A stretch of DNA of 64,000 nucleotides. Origin: Corallococcus exiguus (lineage in GTDB: Bacteria > Myxococcota > Myxococcia > Myxococcales > Myxococcaceae). The notes under the pieces are model-generated. The model was not told where the DNA came from and made no database searches. It was given only the letters and a program-made list of their open reading frames with translations. The translations under genes and the position numbers were made by a program. Location of the stretch: the NCBI RefSeq assembly GCF_012985275.1, contig NZ_JABEKY010000003.1, one strand, 5' to 3'. Numbering within the stretch: the first letter of the stretch is position 1; every line of letters starts with the position of its first letter. Below, one piece after another: positions 30,583 to 41,153 of the stretch.

Positions 30583-30972
30583 CTACTTGCGCAGGCTGCC
30601 CACGGTGAGGTGCTTGGGCAGCTCCACTTCCGCGGGCACGCCGCCGCCGCCCTCGCCCACCGCCTCCACCTCTTCGTGAGACGCGCCGGTGGTGATGAGG
30701 CGGTACTTCTGCGACGCCTCGCGGTCGTGCTGGGCCTGCTCCGGATCCAACCGCGCGATGAGCTGCCAGAAGAGGGCCGCGTGCTCGCGCTCCTCGTCCA
30801 TGACGTGCCGCAGGATGGCCTTCGCCTCCTCGTTGTCCGTCGCGTCCAGGTGCGCGGCGTAGAGGTTGATGGCGTCCAGCTCCGCCTCGATGTTGAGCCG
30901 GATGGAGCGGGCCAGTTCGGAGTCCGTCAGCTTCCGGGGCACCAGCGAGTGGAACGGGTTCGTCTGCGGCAT
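30583..30972 (-). CDS. encC: ferritin-like encapsulin cargo protein (EncC-like) with a C-terminal targeting peptide
   Basis: It is the 129-aa C-terminal part of track ORF 30583-32100, starting at MPQTNPFHSL. The ferritin-like diiron ligands are IEAELDAINLYAAH and DEEREHAALF (E...ExxH x2). There is a Gly-rich linker GEGGGGVPAEVELPKH and a terminal LTVGSLRK, matching encapsulin cargo-loading peptides. The gene-symbol assignment relies on recollection of M. xanthus EncC. Confidence 0.7.
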   Translation of the reverse strand: MPQTNPFHSLVPRKLTDSELARSIRLNIEAELDAINLYAAHLDATDNEEAKAILRHVMDEEREHAALFWQLIARLDPEQAQHDREASQKYRLITTGASHEEVEAVGEGGGGVPAEVELPKHLTVGSLRK

Positions 30973-31128
30973 GAGGACCTCAGCGACAGGGAGGGTTTCC
31001 AGCAAGCGAGCGGGCAACGACGTTCCGTCAGGCCGGGCTGGAGGACGTGCGCGAGCATCCGTTCGGTCGCGAGCGCGGTCAACCGAATCCCGCTGGGGGT
31101 GCGTTGCGCGTGAACACCTGCCTCCGCC

Positions 31129-32658
31129 ATGCTCCCGTGCATGGAGACCCCCTCGCCGCTCGCGCAGCTGCTCCAGGCCCTGGACGCGGGGGACCTGGAG
31201 AAGGCACGGGTCGCGGCCGTGGCGCTGCAACGCGCCAACGCCCATACCCATCAGGTCGCCGCGGAGGTCCTCCATGAGCTGCGTCAGCCCCTCCTGGGCG
31301 CGAAGGCCTACGCCCAGCTGCTGGCCGAGGAAGGAGGCTCCAGCGGCCCGCTGAAGCTGCTGCTCGCGCAGGTGGAGCGGATGGAGCAGATTGTCTCCGA
31401 CTTCATCCGCCTGGCCAGCGAGCGGCCGGCCCCGCAGCAGCGGCTGTCCCTGGCCGCGCCCATCTGGGCGGCGGCGAAGGTGTTCAGCGTCAACCCGGAC
31501 TCGGCGCGCATCTCGCTGGAGGTGGAGGCCCCCGAGGACCTCACCATCCAGGGCAACGCGCGGCTGATTGAGCAGCTCACGCTCAACCTGCTCAACAACG
31601 CCCGCGACGCCATGTCCGGCCGGGGCCGCGTGAAGGTGACGCTCACGCGCGATGGCGCCTCCGCGGCCCTCTACGTTTCCGACTGGGGACCGGGCATCCC
31701 GGACGAGCTGAAGACGCGCATCTTCGAGCCCTACGTCTCCGCCAGCAAACGCGGCACGGGCCTGGGGCTCGCCGTCTGTCGTCGCATCGCGCAGGAGCAC
31801 CACGCGCAGGTTGCCCTGGTGCCGCCCACGACGCTGCGCGAGGTGCCGCCCCCGGCCACGGTGTTCCGCGTGCTCTTCCCGCCCACGGACGCGCCGCGCC
31901 CGCCGCGCAAGCGCCTGCTGGTGGTGGACGACGAGGGCATCATCCGGATGGTCTTCAAGGACCTGATGGACAAGGAGTGCGAAGTCATTGAAGCGGCCAC
32001 GGGCGAGGCCGCGCTCGAAATCCTCCGCTCGTCGCGCGTGGACCTCATCGTCACGGACAAGAACCTGCCCGGAATCTCCGGCCTGGAGCTGGCCCAGCAC
32101 GCGAGGAAGCTGGACCCCGCGTCGCGCGTCATCCTGATGACGGGCTACCCCTCGCTGGTGACGACGCAGCAGGCGCTGCAGCTGGGCCTGGTGGACTACC
32201 TGCTCAAGCCCTTCGACGACATCCGACAGGTGCGCGCGCTGCTGCGGCAGGCGCTGTACACGCCGGCCGCGCCGCCTGTCCCCGCCCCCAGCGCTGGCGT
32301 GCGCCGGGTGGACGTGCTGGAGGACAACCCGGCCACCGCGCGGCTGATTTCAGAGGCGCTGACGCTGCTGGGCCTGGAGGCGCGCGTCGTCGCGGGCGCG
32401 GAGGTGGCCACCATGGATCCGCCCGTGGGCGTGGTGGTGTCTTGGGACTTCGCGCCGGCCTACGGCAAGAAGGCGCTGGAGCTGGCCCGGGCCCTGAGCC
32501 AGGGCGCGCCCTTCGTCGTCCTGGCCGAGCACCTCACCATGGACACGGCGCTGGCGTCGCTGCGCGCCGGGGCCGCCGCGTGCCTGCCCAAGCTGCTCTC
32601 CGACACCACTGCGCTCAGCCGCGAGCTGGGCCTGGCCTTCAAGAAGACCGCTTCCTGA
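31129..32658 (+). CDS. hybrid sensor histidine kinase / response regulator (HisKA-HATPase + receiver + C-terminal receiver-like domain)
   Basis: The H-box is EVLHELRQPLLGAKAYAQLL. The N/G boxes are LNLLNNARDAM, SDWGPGIP and GTGLGLAVCRRI. The receiver is RLLVVDDEGIIR...VTDKNLPGISGLEL...LLKPF. A second degenerate receiver-like region follows. Confidence 0.8.
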   Translation: MLPCMETPSPLAQLLQALDAGDLEKARVAAVALQRANAHTHQVAAEVLHELRQPLLGAKAYAQLLAEEGGSSGPLKLLLAQVERMEQIVSDFIRLASERPAPQQRLSLAAPIWAAAKVFSVNPDSARISLEVEAPEDLTIQGNARLIEQLTLNLLNNARDAMSGRGRVKVTLTRDGASAALYVSDWGPGIPDELKTRIFEPYVSASKRGTGLGLAVCRRIAQEHHAQVALVPPTTLREVPPPATVFRVLFPPTDAPRPPRKRLLVVDDEGIIRMVFKDLMDKECEVIEAATGEAALEILRSSRVDLIVTDKNLPGISGLELAQHARKLDPASRVILMTGYPSLVTTQQALQLGLVDYLLKPFDDIRQVRALLRQALYTPAAPPVPAPSAGVRRVDVLEDNPATARLISEALTLLGLEARVVAGAEVATMDPPVGVVVSWDFAPAYGKKALELARALSQGAPFVVLAEHLTMDTALASLRAGAAACLPKLLSDTTALSRELGLAFKKTAS

Positions 32659-32743
32659 AAAAGACTCCGGCCCCGGGCGCCCCGCTTTCGCGGAGCCCAC
32701 CGGGGCCGGAAACCCTACGAAGCTACGGAGCCGTCAAGTCGGC

Positions 32744-34435
<1,692 letters not shown>

Positions 34436-34462
34436 TTAGCACTCGGCCATGTCGAGCGCCAA
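34436..34462. promoter_or_regulatory. CIRCE-like inverted repeat TTAGCACTC-N9-GAGCGCCAA upstream of groEL
   Basis: It matches the CIRCE consensus TTAGCACTC-N9-GAGTGCTAA at 16/18 positions, with the left arm perfect. It lies about 50 bp upstream of the groEL start in the 180-bp gap. Confidence 0.5.
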
Positions 34463-34566
34463 CATAAGGGCCGCATCGACGATGTCAACGGAAAGGGGCA
34501 GACGTGTGGGCCTGAGGACGCCTACTGGCCCGCCCGGGTGGGGGGCCCGGGCTGCCCGGGAAGGCC

Positions 34567-34923
34567 CTACTCCGCGAAGCGCACGAGGTTGAGCAGCTGC
34601 CCCATGTCCAGGGGCTTCTGCAGGGTGATGGCGACGCCCTTGCGCAGGCCCCGGTCGGAGATGTTGGCGTCCGTGCTGGCGGTCATCATCAGGACGGAGA
34701 TGCGCTGGAAGCGGGGATCCGCCTTCAGCATCTCCGTGAAGTGGATGCCGTCCAGGTGGGGCATCAGGTAGTCGGTGATGACCAGCCCCACGGGGTGACG
34801 CTCCATGATGTCCAGGGCCTGGAGCGCGTCCGACGCCGAGAACACGGTGTAGCCATGCATCTCCAGGTAGCGAGAGAGCATGGTGCACAGCTCGTAATCG
34901 TCGTCGACGACCAGGATGTTCAC
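34567..34923 (-). CDS. single-domain response regulator (CheY-like receiver)
   Basis: The receiver motifs are MNILVVDDDYELCTML...VITDYLMPHLDGIHF...TAS...KPLDM. The protein is 118 aa. Confidence 0.85.
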   Translation of the reverse strand: MNILVVDDDYELCTMLSRYLEMHGYTVFSASDALQALDIMERHPVGLVITDYLMPHLDGIHFTEMLKADPRFQRISVLMMTASTDANISDRGLRKGVAITLQKPLDMGQLLNLVRFAE

Positions 34924-35011
34924 GGGGTTCGGGCCGAAACGGGGCGCTGGAAGGTAACAGCGACGCCGGTCGTTGACAACGCGAAGGACGGCTTCTTAGC
35001 TGCCGGCCCGA

Positions 35012-36085
35012 ATGGCGAAGCGCATGGCGAAGCAAGGGGAGGCGCGGGACATGGACGCGCGGCTGGAGGGAGTCGCGGACGCCTTCGAGGCGAGGGACTT
35101 CGAGGCCGCGCTCACCAGCGCCGACGCCCTGCTCCGGGACGTTCCGGACTCACCAGAAGCCCTGCACTACCGGGCCGCCGCGCTGGTGGAGGTGGGACGC
35201 CTGGAGGACGCGGGCAAGGCCTATGGCGCCGCCCTCAAGATGGCCCCGGAAGACCTGGAGATCCTCTTCGGCGCGGCGGAATTCCTCGTGTGCCGCACCG
35301 GCGAGGACCGCGAGGCGGTGGAGGAAGGGCTGGAGTGGTGCGGCCGCGGGCGGAAGCTGGCGCAGCGGGCCGATGACGTGGAACTCGTCTACGAGTTCCT
35401 CCTCCTGGAGGGCATGGGCCTCAACCAGCTGGGGGAATGTGAGTCCGCGCTGAAAATCCTGGACCAGGCGCTGACGCACATGCCGCGCTCGACGGACGCG
35501 CAGCTGGAGCGGGGCATCGCGCTGTTCGAGTTGTGCCGCTTCGCGCCCGCGCAGGAGGCCTTCGAGCGGGTGTTGAAGGACGCGCCGGACGAGGCCTGGG
35601 CGCACCACTACCTGGGGCTGGTCGCGGAGCGGCGCCAGGATGCGAAGGAGGCGAAGAAGCGCTTCTCCCGGGCGCAGGCGCTGGCCCCGGAGGAGCTGCC
35701 GCCGCCGGTGGCACTGGAGGAGGCGGCGTTCGACCGCGCGGTGGAGGACGCGATGCGCGCCCTGCCCTCCCAGGTGAAGCAGTACATGGACAACGTGACG
35801 CTGGCGGTGGAGGACCTGCCGTCGGATGAGGACCTGCTGGGTCAGCAGCCGCCACTGTCACCGTGCATCCTGGGGGTGTTCCGGGGCACGCCCGTGGGCG
35901 AGCGCAGCGTGATGGACGCGGCGGATCACTTCCCGCCCTCCATCGTGCTGTACCAGAAGAACCTGGAGCGCTTCGCGCGCACCCGCGAGGAACTCATCGA
36001 ACAGATTGGCATCACGGTGATGCACGAAGTCGGTCACTTGATGGGTCTGGATGAAGACGACCTGTGGGAGCGGGGGCTGGACTAG
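35012..36085 (+). CDS. TPR-repeat protein fused to a C-terminal zincin-like metallopeptidase domain (DUF1025-like, HEVGHxxG)
   Basis: There are several TPR-like helical pairs (EALHYRAAALVEVGRLEDAGKAYGAALKMAP...). The C-terminus is ITVMHEVGHLMGLDEDDLWERGLD. Confidence 0.65.
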   Translation: MAKRMAKQGEARDMDARLEGVADAFEARDFEAALTSADALLRDVPDSPEALHYRAAALVEVGRLEDAGKAYGAALKMAPEDLEILFGAAEFLVCRTGEDREAVEEGLEWCGRGRKLAQRADDVELVYEFLLLEGMGLNQLGECESALKILDQALTHMPRSTDAQLERGIALFELCRFAPAQEAFERVLKDAPDEAWAHHYLGLVAERRQDAKEAKKRFSRAQALAPEELPPPVALEEAAFDRAVEDAMRALPSQVKQYMDNVTLAVEDLPSDEDLLGQQPPLSPCILGVFRGTPVGERSVMDAADHFPPSIVLYQKNLERFARTREELIEQIGITVMHEVGHLMGLDEDDLWERGLD

Positions 36086-36105
36086 CGCCGTTCTCCCCTG
36101 CCCTG

Positions 36106-36408
36106 ATGCGCGCCATGCATGCATGGACGAAGCTGGGGCTGATGGCGGTGCTGGGTCTGACGGGCTGTCTGGGCGACGACGACGAGGAGCCGCGCACGTG
36201 TCCGCAGGTGGTGGTGTTCGCGCGCTCGGACAGCGAGACGTGCCAGTCCTTCCCGACGCCGTGTGACGTGCCGGAGGGGTACGTCGAGTGCTGCGGCGGC
36301 CTCTTCGGGGGCTGCGCGGGGAACGTGTCCGGGAACACCTGCGTGGATGATCCGTCCGACACGTGCCAGCCCGGGGGCAGCGCGGACTGCCCGGGCATCT
36401 GCCAGTAG
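36106..36408 (+). CDS. small Cys-rich lipoprotein
   Basis: The lipobox is MRAMHAWTKLGLMAVLGLTGCLGDDDEE. There are 11 Cys in about 80 mature residues (CCGGLFGGCAGN...CPGICQ). The track ORF starts at 36064. Confidence 0.45.
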   Translation: MRAMHAWTKLGLMAVLGLTGCLGDDDEEPRTCPQVVVFARSDSETCQSFPTPCDVPEGYVECCGGLFGGCAGNVSGNTCVDDPSDTCQPGGSADCPGICQ

Positions 36409-36413
36409 GCGTC

Positions 36414-38816
36414 TCAGGCGGCGCGCGAGCCCTTGTCCTCGAAGTAGGCGCGGCGGGCGCGGGCGCAGGTGGGGCACTGCCACTGCACCAGGGTGAGGTG
36501 GCGGTCGCCCAGGACGACGGCCTCGTGGCGGAGCGACTCCCGTGGGGCCTCGCTGGTGGCTCCGCAGGCGCAGCGCAGCCGGCCCAGCGTGGAGAGCAGC
36601 TCCTGAGGGCTGGTGATGGGGATGGCGGACCCGGCGCTGTCGCCCCGGTGGTCCGCGTCGAACTTGCGTGCGAAGGCGCGGCGCCGGCCCCAGGCGCGGC
36701 CCTTTCGCCAGAGCGCCACCGGGCCGCCCTGCGCGATGACGAACCACAGCACGAGGCACGTCGCGATGACGCCCAGGAGGATGGCACCCGCCTCGCCGGA
36801 CGGAACGGACGAGGCCTGGTGGCGGGCGGCCCGGCTCCTGAGTTGGATGGCGTAGCCGCGCTGGGCCTCGGTGGCGCGCACGGCCTTCACGTACTCGGCG
36901 ATGCGCTCGGGCGGGACCGAGTCCGCGGTGCTGCGGTAGCTGTAGTCGAGCAGCAGCGTCTTGCCTTCGGCGCGGGTGTCGGCCACGAAGCGGAAGGCCG
37001 GACCGTCCACGACCTCGTACTCCGTTTTGACAGGGGGCAGCTCGCCGGCCTTCAGCGTGATGCGGTGGCGGGCGAAGACGGGGTGCTCCACCTCCAGCGG
37101 GAAGGCGCGGTGGGAGTAGTTCGGCACGGCGAGGTGCTGGCGGAGGCCATGCGCGCGGAACTCCCGGCGACCGTCCGAGGTCCAGAAGTCCTCGATGCGG
37201 TAGTGCTCTTGCGTGACGAGCACGTTCGTCACGGTGTCGTCGTCCACCGACATGGGCTTCGCGATGGAGATGTCCGCGTCCGTCTTCGCGTAGTAGTTGA
37301 AGTAGAGGCGGGACACCTCGGACAGGGACGTGCCCGCGAGCGCGCGGCGCATGGAGTTGGCGTCCGCCCCCGTGCGCGTGGTGACGACGTCGAGTGTCGC
37401 GGCCCCGTCGCGGCCCATCGCGACGTAGGTCTCGTCCACGAAGAGGGAGGGCTCCGTCAGCGTGGGCGTGGGGATGACGGAGAGCGCCGTGGTGGCGGGG
37501 GCGACAAGGAGGGCCCGGCCGTAGGAGGGCGGTTCGTAGCTTTCCAGCCCGCCGCGCTCCAGCGTCGCCGTGGGGTCCACCCACAGCTCGCGGCCGGCCA
37601 CGGTGGCGTGGACGATGACGTGGTTGAACGCGGTGGCGGTGGGACGCAAGCCGTCCAGCAGCTGCGTGAGGTCCGTGCTCACGAGCGCCGGCTGCGCGTC
37701 GATGCCCAGCCCCTTGAGGAGCGATACCAAGAGGAGCGACTTGTCCTTGCAGTCGCCGAAGCGGCGCTGGAGGACCTCGTCGGGCGGATGGGGCTGGTGG
37801 GAGTTGGGGCCCATCTCGATGCCCAGGTAGCGCACCTCGTCCTGGACGAAGCGAAGCGCGGCGAGGAAGCGCGCCTCAGGGGTCGGCTCCTTCGACAGCC
37901 GGCGGACCTCCTGTTCCAGCGACTTCGAGCGGGCGGGCACCTGGAACAGCGTGGAGGCCCAGCGCGCGACGTCGTTCCAGTCCTTGTATTCGCTGAACTG
38001 GATCCACGGGTAGACGGGCTGCCAGCCGGGGACGTTGTCCTCGTGGCGGACCGCGGGCACGTGGCGGCGCTCCAGGATGATTTCACGCTCGCCGTTCAGC
38101 ATCGACTCCGAGCGCGACAGGCCCGGCGCGGCGAAGTCCCGGATGAAGAGCGTGCGCCCCCGCCCTTCCGGCCACAGCAGCCGGTAGGCGAAGTGGACCA
38201 CGGGATAGGAGTGGCCCACGCCGACGACGTCGGAGAAGCGTCCGCCAAAGACGGGGTTGGCGCCTTCGAAGGAGTACGCGACCTCCACCGTGTCGCCCAC
38301 GCGCACGTCGCGGAGGAAGGGCACCACGGAGAGGTTGCCGTTGTAGAGCCGGTTCTGGAACTCGGTCTCCTGCTGGATGACCCGGGCCTCGGCGGGCTGG
38401 AAGACGTCCTCGCGGCGGCCGTCGCGGATGCGCCAGATGCCGTGGACGGTGAGCTTCTGGTACGTCGGATCGAAGCGGAACTGGATGTCCGTGACGCGGT
38501 CGATGCCCCGCGGCGAGAGGACCTTCTGGGCCGAGTGCAGGTAGTGCACGCGCGATGGGCCGGACACGCGCACCTGTTCCTCGATCAGCAGCTGGGAGAC
38601 GCTGGTCTCCTCCTCGCCCTCGGGAGTCGGGCCGGGGTCTGGAGGAATGGGAAGCGGCTTCACCCACGCGGCGGGAGGCCCGACGCGGAACGGCCTGGCG
38701 TTCGTCGCCGCCGGTGCCGCCCCGGCGCTCAAGGACAGACACAGACACAGCAGCAGGACGGGCACCGGAAAGAAGCCCGGTGCCAGGAGGACGGAACGGA
38801 AGGTTCGGCGCATGGC
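36414..38816 (-). CDS. transglutaminase-like superfamily protein (DUF3857/DUF3858-type) with a signal peptide, C-terminal TM helix and cytoplasmic Cys4 zinc-ribbon
   Basis: The signal is MRRTFRSVLLAPGFFPVPVLLLCLCLSLSAGAAPA, using an internal start. The transglutaminase core is RRFGDCKDKSLLLVSLLKGLGIDAQPALV, with Cys, and later His/Asp. The TM is AGAILLGVIATCLVLWFVIA. The C-terminal tail is CACGA...WQCPTCARAR. Confidence 0.7.
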   Translation of the reverse strand, partial: AMRRTFRSVLLAPGFFPVPVLLLCLCLSLSAGAAPAATNARPFRVGPPAAWVKPLPIPPDPGPTPEGEEETSVSQLLIEEQVRVSGPSRVHYLHSAQKVLSPRGIDRVTDIQFRFDPTYQKLTVHGIWRIRDGRREDVFQPAEARVIQQETEFQNRLYNGNLSVVPFLRDVRVGDTVEVAYSFEGANPVFGGRFSDVVGVGHSYPVVHFAYRLLWPEGRGRTLFIRDFAAPGLSRSESMLNGEREIILERRHVPAVRHEDNVPGWQPVYPWIQFSEYKDWNDVARWASTLFQVPARSKSLEQEVRRLSKEPTPEARFLAALRFVQDEVRYLGIEMGPNSHQPHPPDEVLQRRFGDCKDKSLLLVSLLKGLGIDAQPALVSTDLTQLLDGLRPTATAFNHVIVHATVAGRELWVDPTATLERGGLESYEPPSYGRALLVAPATTALSVIPTPTLTEPSLFVDETYVAMGRDGAATLDVVTTRTGADANSMRRALAGTSLSEVSRLYFNYYAKTDADISIAKPMSVDDDTVTNVLVTQEHYRIEDFWTSDGRREFRAHGLRQHLAVPNYSHRAFPLEVEHPVFARHRITLKAGELPPVKTEYEVVDGPAFRFVADTRAEGKTLLLDYSYRSTADSVPPERIAEYVKAVRATEAQRGYAIQLRSRAARHQASSVPSGEAGAILLGVIATCLVLWFVIAQGGPVALWRKGRAWGRRRAFARKFDADHRGDSAGSAIPITSPQELLSTLGRLRCACGATSEAPRESLRHEAVVLGDRHLTLVQWQCPTCARARRAYFEDKGSRAA

Positions 38817-38991
38817 GGAAGGGCGCTCATCATGGAGCCCGGATGACGCGCCGGGCAAGGCGCCCCCTGGGACACCGGGCGAGCGGCCCCGCTTCATTCA
38901 CCAGTGAAAACCGTCATGCAGGCCAAGCCTGGAATCGCCGTGACACGGGCTAGGGTTCCGGCCATCGGGTGGACGGCCCAGGAGGCTGGCG

Positions 38992-39960
38992 ATGGTCAAC
39001 GTGAGGCAGGTCGCGACGCGGCTGAAGAGTGCGTTCCTGGCGGACCCGGAGCGCTTCTATACGAACGAGACAGGAGCCTGGGTGGCGGGGATGCCGGCGC
39101 CGAGCGACATCCGGGTGACGACGGGCCGGGAGCCCTTCTGGATCAACCTGGGCTACTGGAAGCACGTGGAGAAGGTGGACGACTCCAACGTGGAGCGCGT
39201 GGGGGAGCTGTTCCGGTCCGCCCAGGCGGAGATGGCGCGCCTCCTGGCGAGGACCGCGAAGCTGGGGCCCGGGGATGCCGTCTTGGACTGCGGCTTCGGG
39301 TACGCGGACCAGGACCTGCTGTGGGCGGAGGAGTTCAAGCCCGCGAGCATCGTCGGGGTGAACATCACGCCGAACCAGGTGAAGGTGGGCCGGGAGCGCG
39401 TGAAGCTGACGGGGCTGGAGGGCGTGGTCCGGCTGGAGGTGGGGAGCGCGACGGCGCTGCCGGGACCGGAGGGAGCGTTCGACGGGGTGTTCGCGCTGGA
39501 GTCCGCGATGCACTTCCGGATGCGGCAGGACTTCCTGCGCGAGGCCTTCCGGGTGCTGAAGCCGGGAGGCCGGCTGGTGATGGCGGACATGGCGCAGAAG
39601 ACGGACCGTGAGGCTGGAGCAGGACTCCGAGCGCGGCTGCGCTACCGCTACTGGCGGGGGCTGATTGCCTTCCCGGAGGAGAACGTCTGGTCGACGGAGC
39701 GCTACCGGGAGGAGCTGCGGCGGGCGGGGTTCCAGGACGTGAAGGTGGAGTCCATCGCGGAGGATGTGTACCCGGCGGTGAACACGGCAATGGTGGCGCT
39801 GCGGGGCATGACGCAGCTGGAGCGCAATCCAGGGAGCACGTCCCTGCACCAGGTGCGCGCGGACGTGCACAAGGCGATGCGGATGACACCGGAGCAGCTC
39901 CAGTGGCCCGCGCTGTTCAACTGCGATGAGTACGCCGTGGTGTCCGCGCGCAAGCCGTGA
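38992..39960 (+). CDS. class I SAM-dependent methyltransferase
   Basis: Motif I is VLDCGFGYAD. The post-I acidic residue and motif II are VNITPN...ALESAMHF. There is also LKPGGRLVMADM. Confidence 0.8.
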   Translation: MVNVRQVATRLKSAFLADPERFYTNETGAWVAGMPAPSDIRVTTGREPFWINLGYWKHVEKVDDSNVERVGELFRSAQAEMARLLARTAKLGPGDAVLDCGFGYADQDLLWAEEFKPASIVGVNITPNQVKVGRERVKLTGLEGVVRLEVGSATALPGPEGAFDGVFALESAMHFRMRQDFLREAFRVLKPGGRLVMADMAQKTDREAGAGLRARLRYRYWRGLIAFPEENVWSTERYREELRRAGFQDVKVESIAEDVYPAVNTAMVALRGMTQLERNPGSTSLHQVRADVHKAMRMTPEQLQWPALFNCDEYAVVSARKP

Positions 39961-40002
39961 CCGTGGTTGACGGACTGGGGCGGAGCGGCGGTAATCGGAA
40001 GC

Positions 40003-40101
40003 GGTAGGGCCTCCGGACCTGGTGGCCGGCCCGGTCTTCAAAACCGGTGAGGGGCTGCGAGAGCAGTCCCTGGCGAGTTCGATTCCCGTGCCCTACCGCC
40101 A
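40003..40101 (+). tRNA. selC: tRNA with anticodon UCA and long variable arm: tRNA-Sec (selC)-like
   Basis: There is an 8-bp acceptor stem (GGTAGGGC / GCCCTACC), a D arm CCGG-ACCTGGTGG-CCGG, an anticodon stem CCGGT/ACCGG with loop cTTCAaa (U33, anticodon TCA, A37), an 8-bp variable-arm hairpin GGGGCTGC-GAGA-GCAGTCCC, a T loop TTCGATT, a discriminator G and an encoded CCA. The T-stem has one A-C mismatch. The 3' 58 nt are duplicated 6 kb downstream, typical of tRNA genes used as integration sites. Confidence 0.6.
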
Positions 40102-40104
40102 ATA
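40047..40104 (+). repeat. attL-like 58-bp direct repeat (3' half of the tRNA-Sec gene); second copy at 46076-46133
   Basis: GTGAGGGGCTGCGAGAGCAGTCCCTGGCGAGTTCGATTCCCGTGCCCTACCGCCAATA is identical at both positions by direct reading. Confidence 0.85.
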
Positions 40105-40212
40105 CTTCCGAGGGGTTACGCCCCCGTACTGCCACCTTGGCAGTACCGGACTCGTCCACACGCGTCCGCATGAGTCTACCCGACGTCGTTAGCGTGTCGT
40201 TAGCGGACGGCG

Positions 40213-41127
40213 CTATGGGAACGTCACATTCCCGAGTGTAACTGTGCGGGGGCCGGCCTCCTCCCATAGCTTCAGGGCGAAGGTTGCTCGGGATGACGCC
40301 AGAGTGGATTCGGCCTCCACAACGACAAGGCCTGAAACGCCGGGCGTGATGGGCTCCCTCTGCCACACTCGCAAAACCTTCAGCTCCTCACCTGTCTTGC
40401 TCTTAAGCGTCGCGCCTATTGCCGACCACGGCGGGGCACCAGCTTTCACGGAGAGCCAGACCTCCACCGCCACCCGCCAAGTAGATCGGTAGGCCTGGAG
40501 CTTGGTTGCCTCGACGCCACTGCCAGACACCTGGGAGATTGCCTTGCTCAAGATGCGTACTGACACGCCCTCAGCATCCATGGCCCCTGTAGAAATGAGC
40601 CCTGTCAGCCCACCGGGCGCAGCACGCTCAGCAATCAGTCGGGCATTCTCTTCTTGGTAACGCAACGCAACCGCGCGAGCTTCCCGCGCTTCCTGCTGAT
40701 ACGTCTCTATTGTCCTCTTCTCGCGATACACCTCGACTAGAGGCTCTGCTCTCGCGGGATGCACCTTCAGCAGGAACGACGCGTTCGCAGGCGCTGCACC
40801 ATCTCGGAAGCGAACCGTCAGAAGAAACCGTTCGCCCGGGGCAACCTTCGATGATGGCATCACACGAATTACGGTTTGCCCTGCATCCAAAATGGAAAAG
40901 GACTCACGGCCCTCTAGCGTCACCGCATCGCGCACAAGCTCAGCGTCGAAGAACAGACCGGTTGAGAGGCCAGGGCTAACAATAATCTCCGGCGCTGCCT
41001 GAACACCTTCCGGCAGCAGCTCAATGCGGCGGATCGCCTGCACTGAAACCGCGGAATCGGCCTCTGCGAGGGCGACTCCACTCCGCAGCACGAACCCCAG
41101 GAGAAGAACCCAGATACGCGAAGACAC
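40213..41127 (-). CDS. DUF2381 / TIGR02268-like myxobacterial paralogous-family protein (secreted), immediately downstream of a Ser/Thr kinase
   Basis: It has a signal peptide MSSRIWVLLLGFVLRSGVALA, is 304 aa, and sits directly after a kinase gene, which is the known context of this family in M. xanthus. The family assignment is by recollection of family features, not alignment. Confidence 0.6.
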   Translation of the reverse strand: MSSRIWVLLLGFVLRSGVALAEADSAVSVQAIRRIELLPEGVQAAPEIIVSPGLSTGLFFDAELVRDAVTLEGRESFSILDAGQTVIRVMPSSKVAPGERFLLTVRFRDGAAPANASFLLKVHPARAEPLVEVYREKRTIETYQQEAREARAVALRYQEENARLIAERAAPGGLTGLISTGAMDAEGVSVRILSKAISQVSGSGVEATKLQAYRSTWRVAVEVWLSVKAGAPPWSAIGATLKSKTGEELKVLRVWQREPITPGVSGLVVVEAESTLASSRATFALKLWEEAGPRTVTLGNVTFP

Positions 41128-41153
41128 GCTGCGGTTACTCCTGAGTGGACATG

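Noticed and set aside
35858-38846. Large ORFs 35858-36787(-), 36082-37584(-) and 36363-38846(+) overlapping the TPR-zincin, Cys lipoprotein and transglutaminase-like genes
   Set aside because: They are off-frame or antisense, with R/P/G-rich products. The accepted genes have recognisable motifs.
39990-40004. GGAAGCGG upstream of the tRNA, resembling the 5' end of E. coli selC (GGAAGAUCG)
   Set aside because: The 3' acceptor strand GCCCTACC pairs with GGTAGGGC at 40003-40010, not with GGAAGCGG. The similarity to E. coli selC is coincidental.
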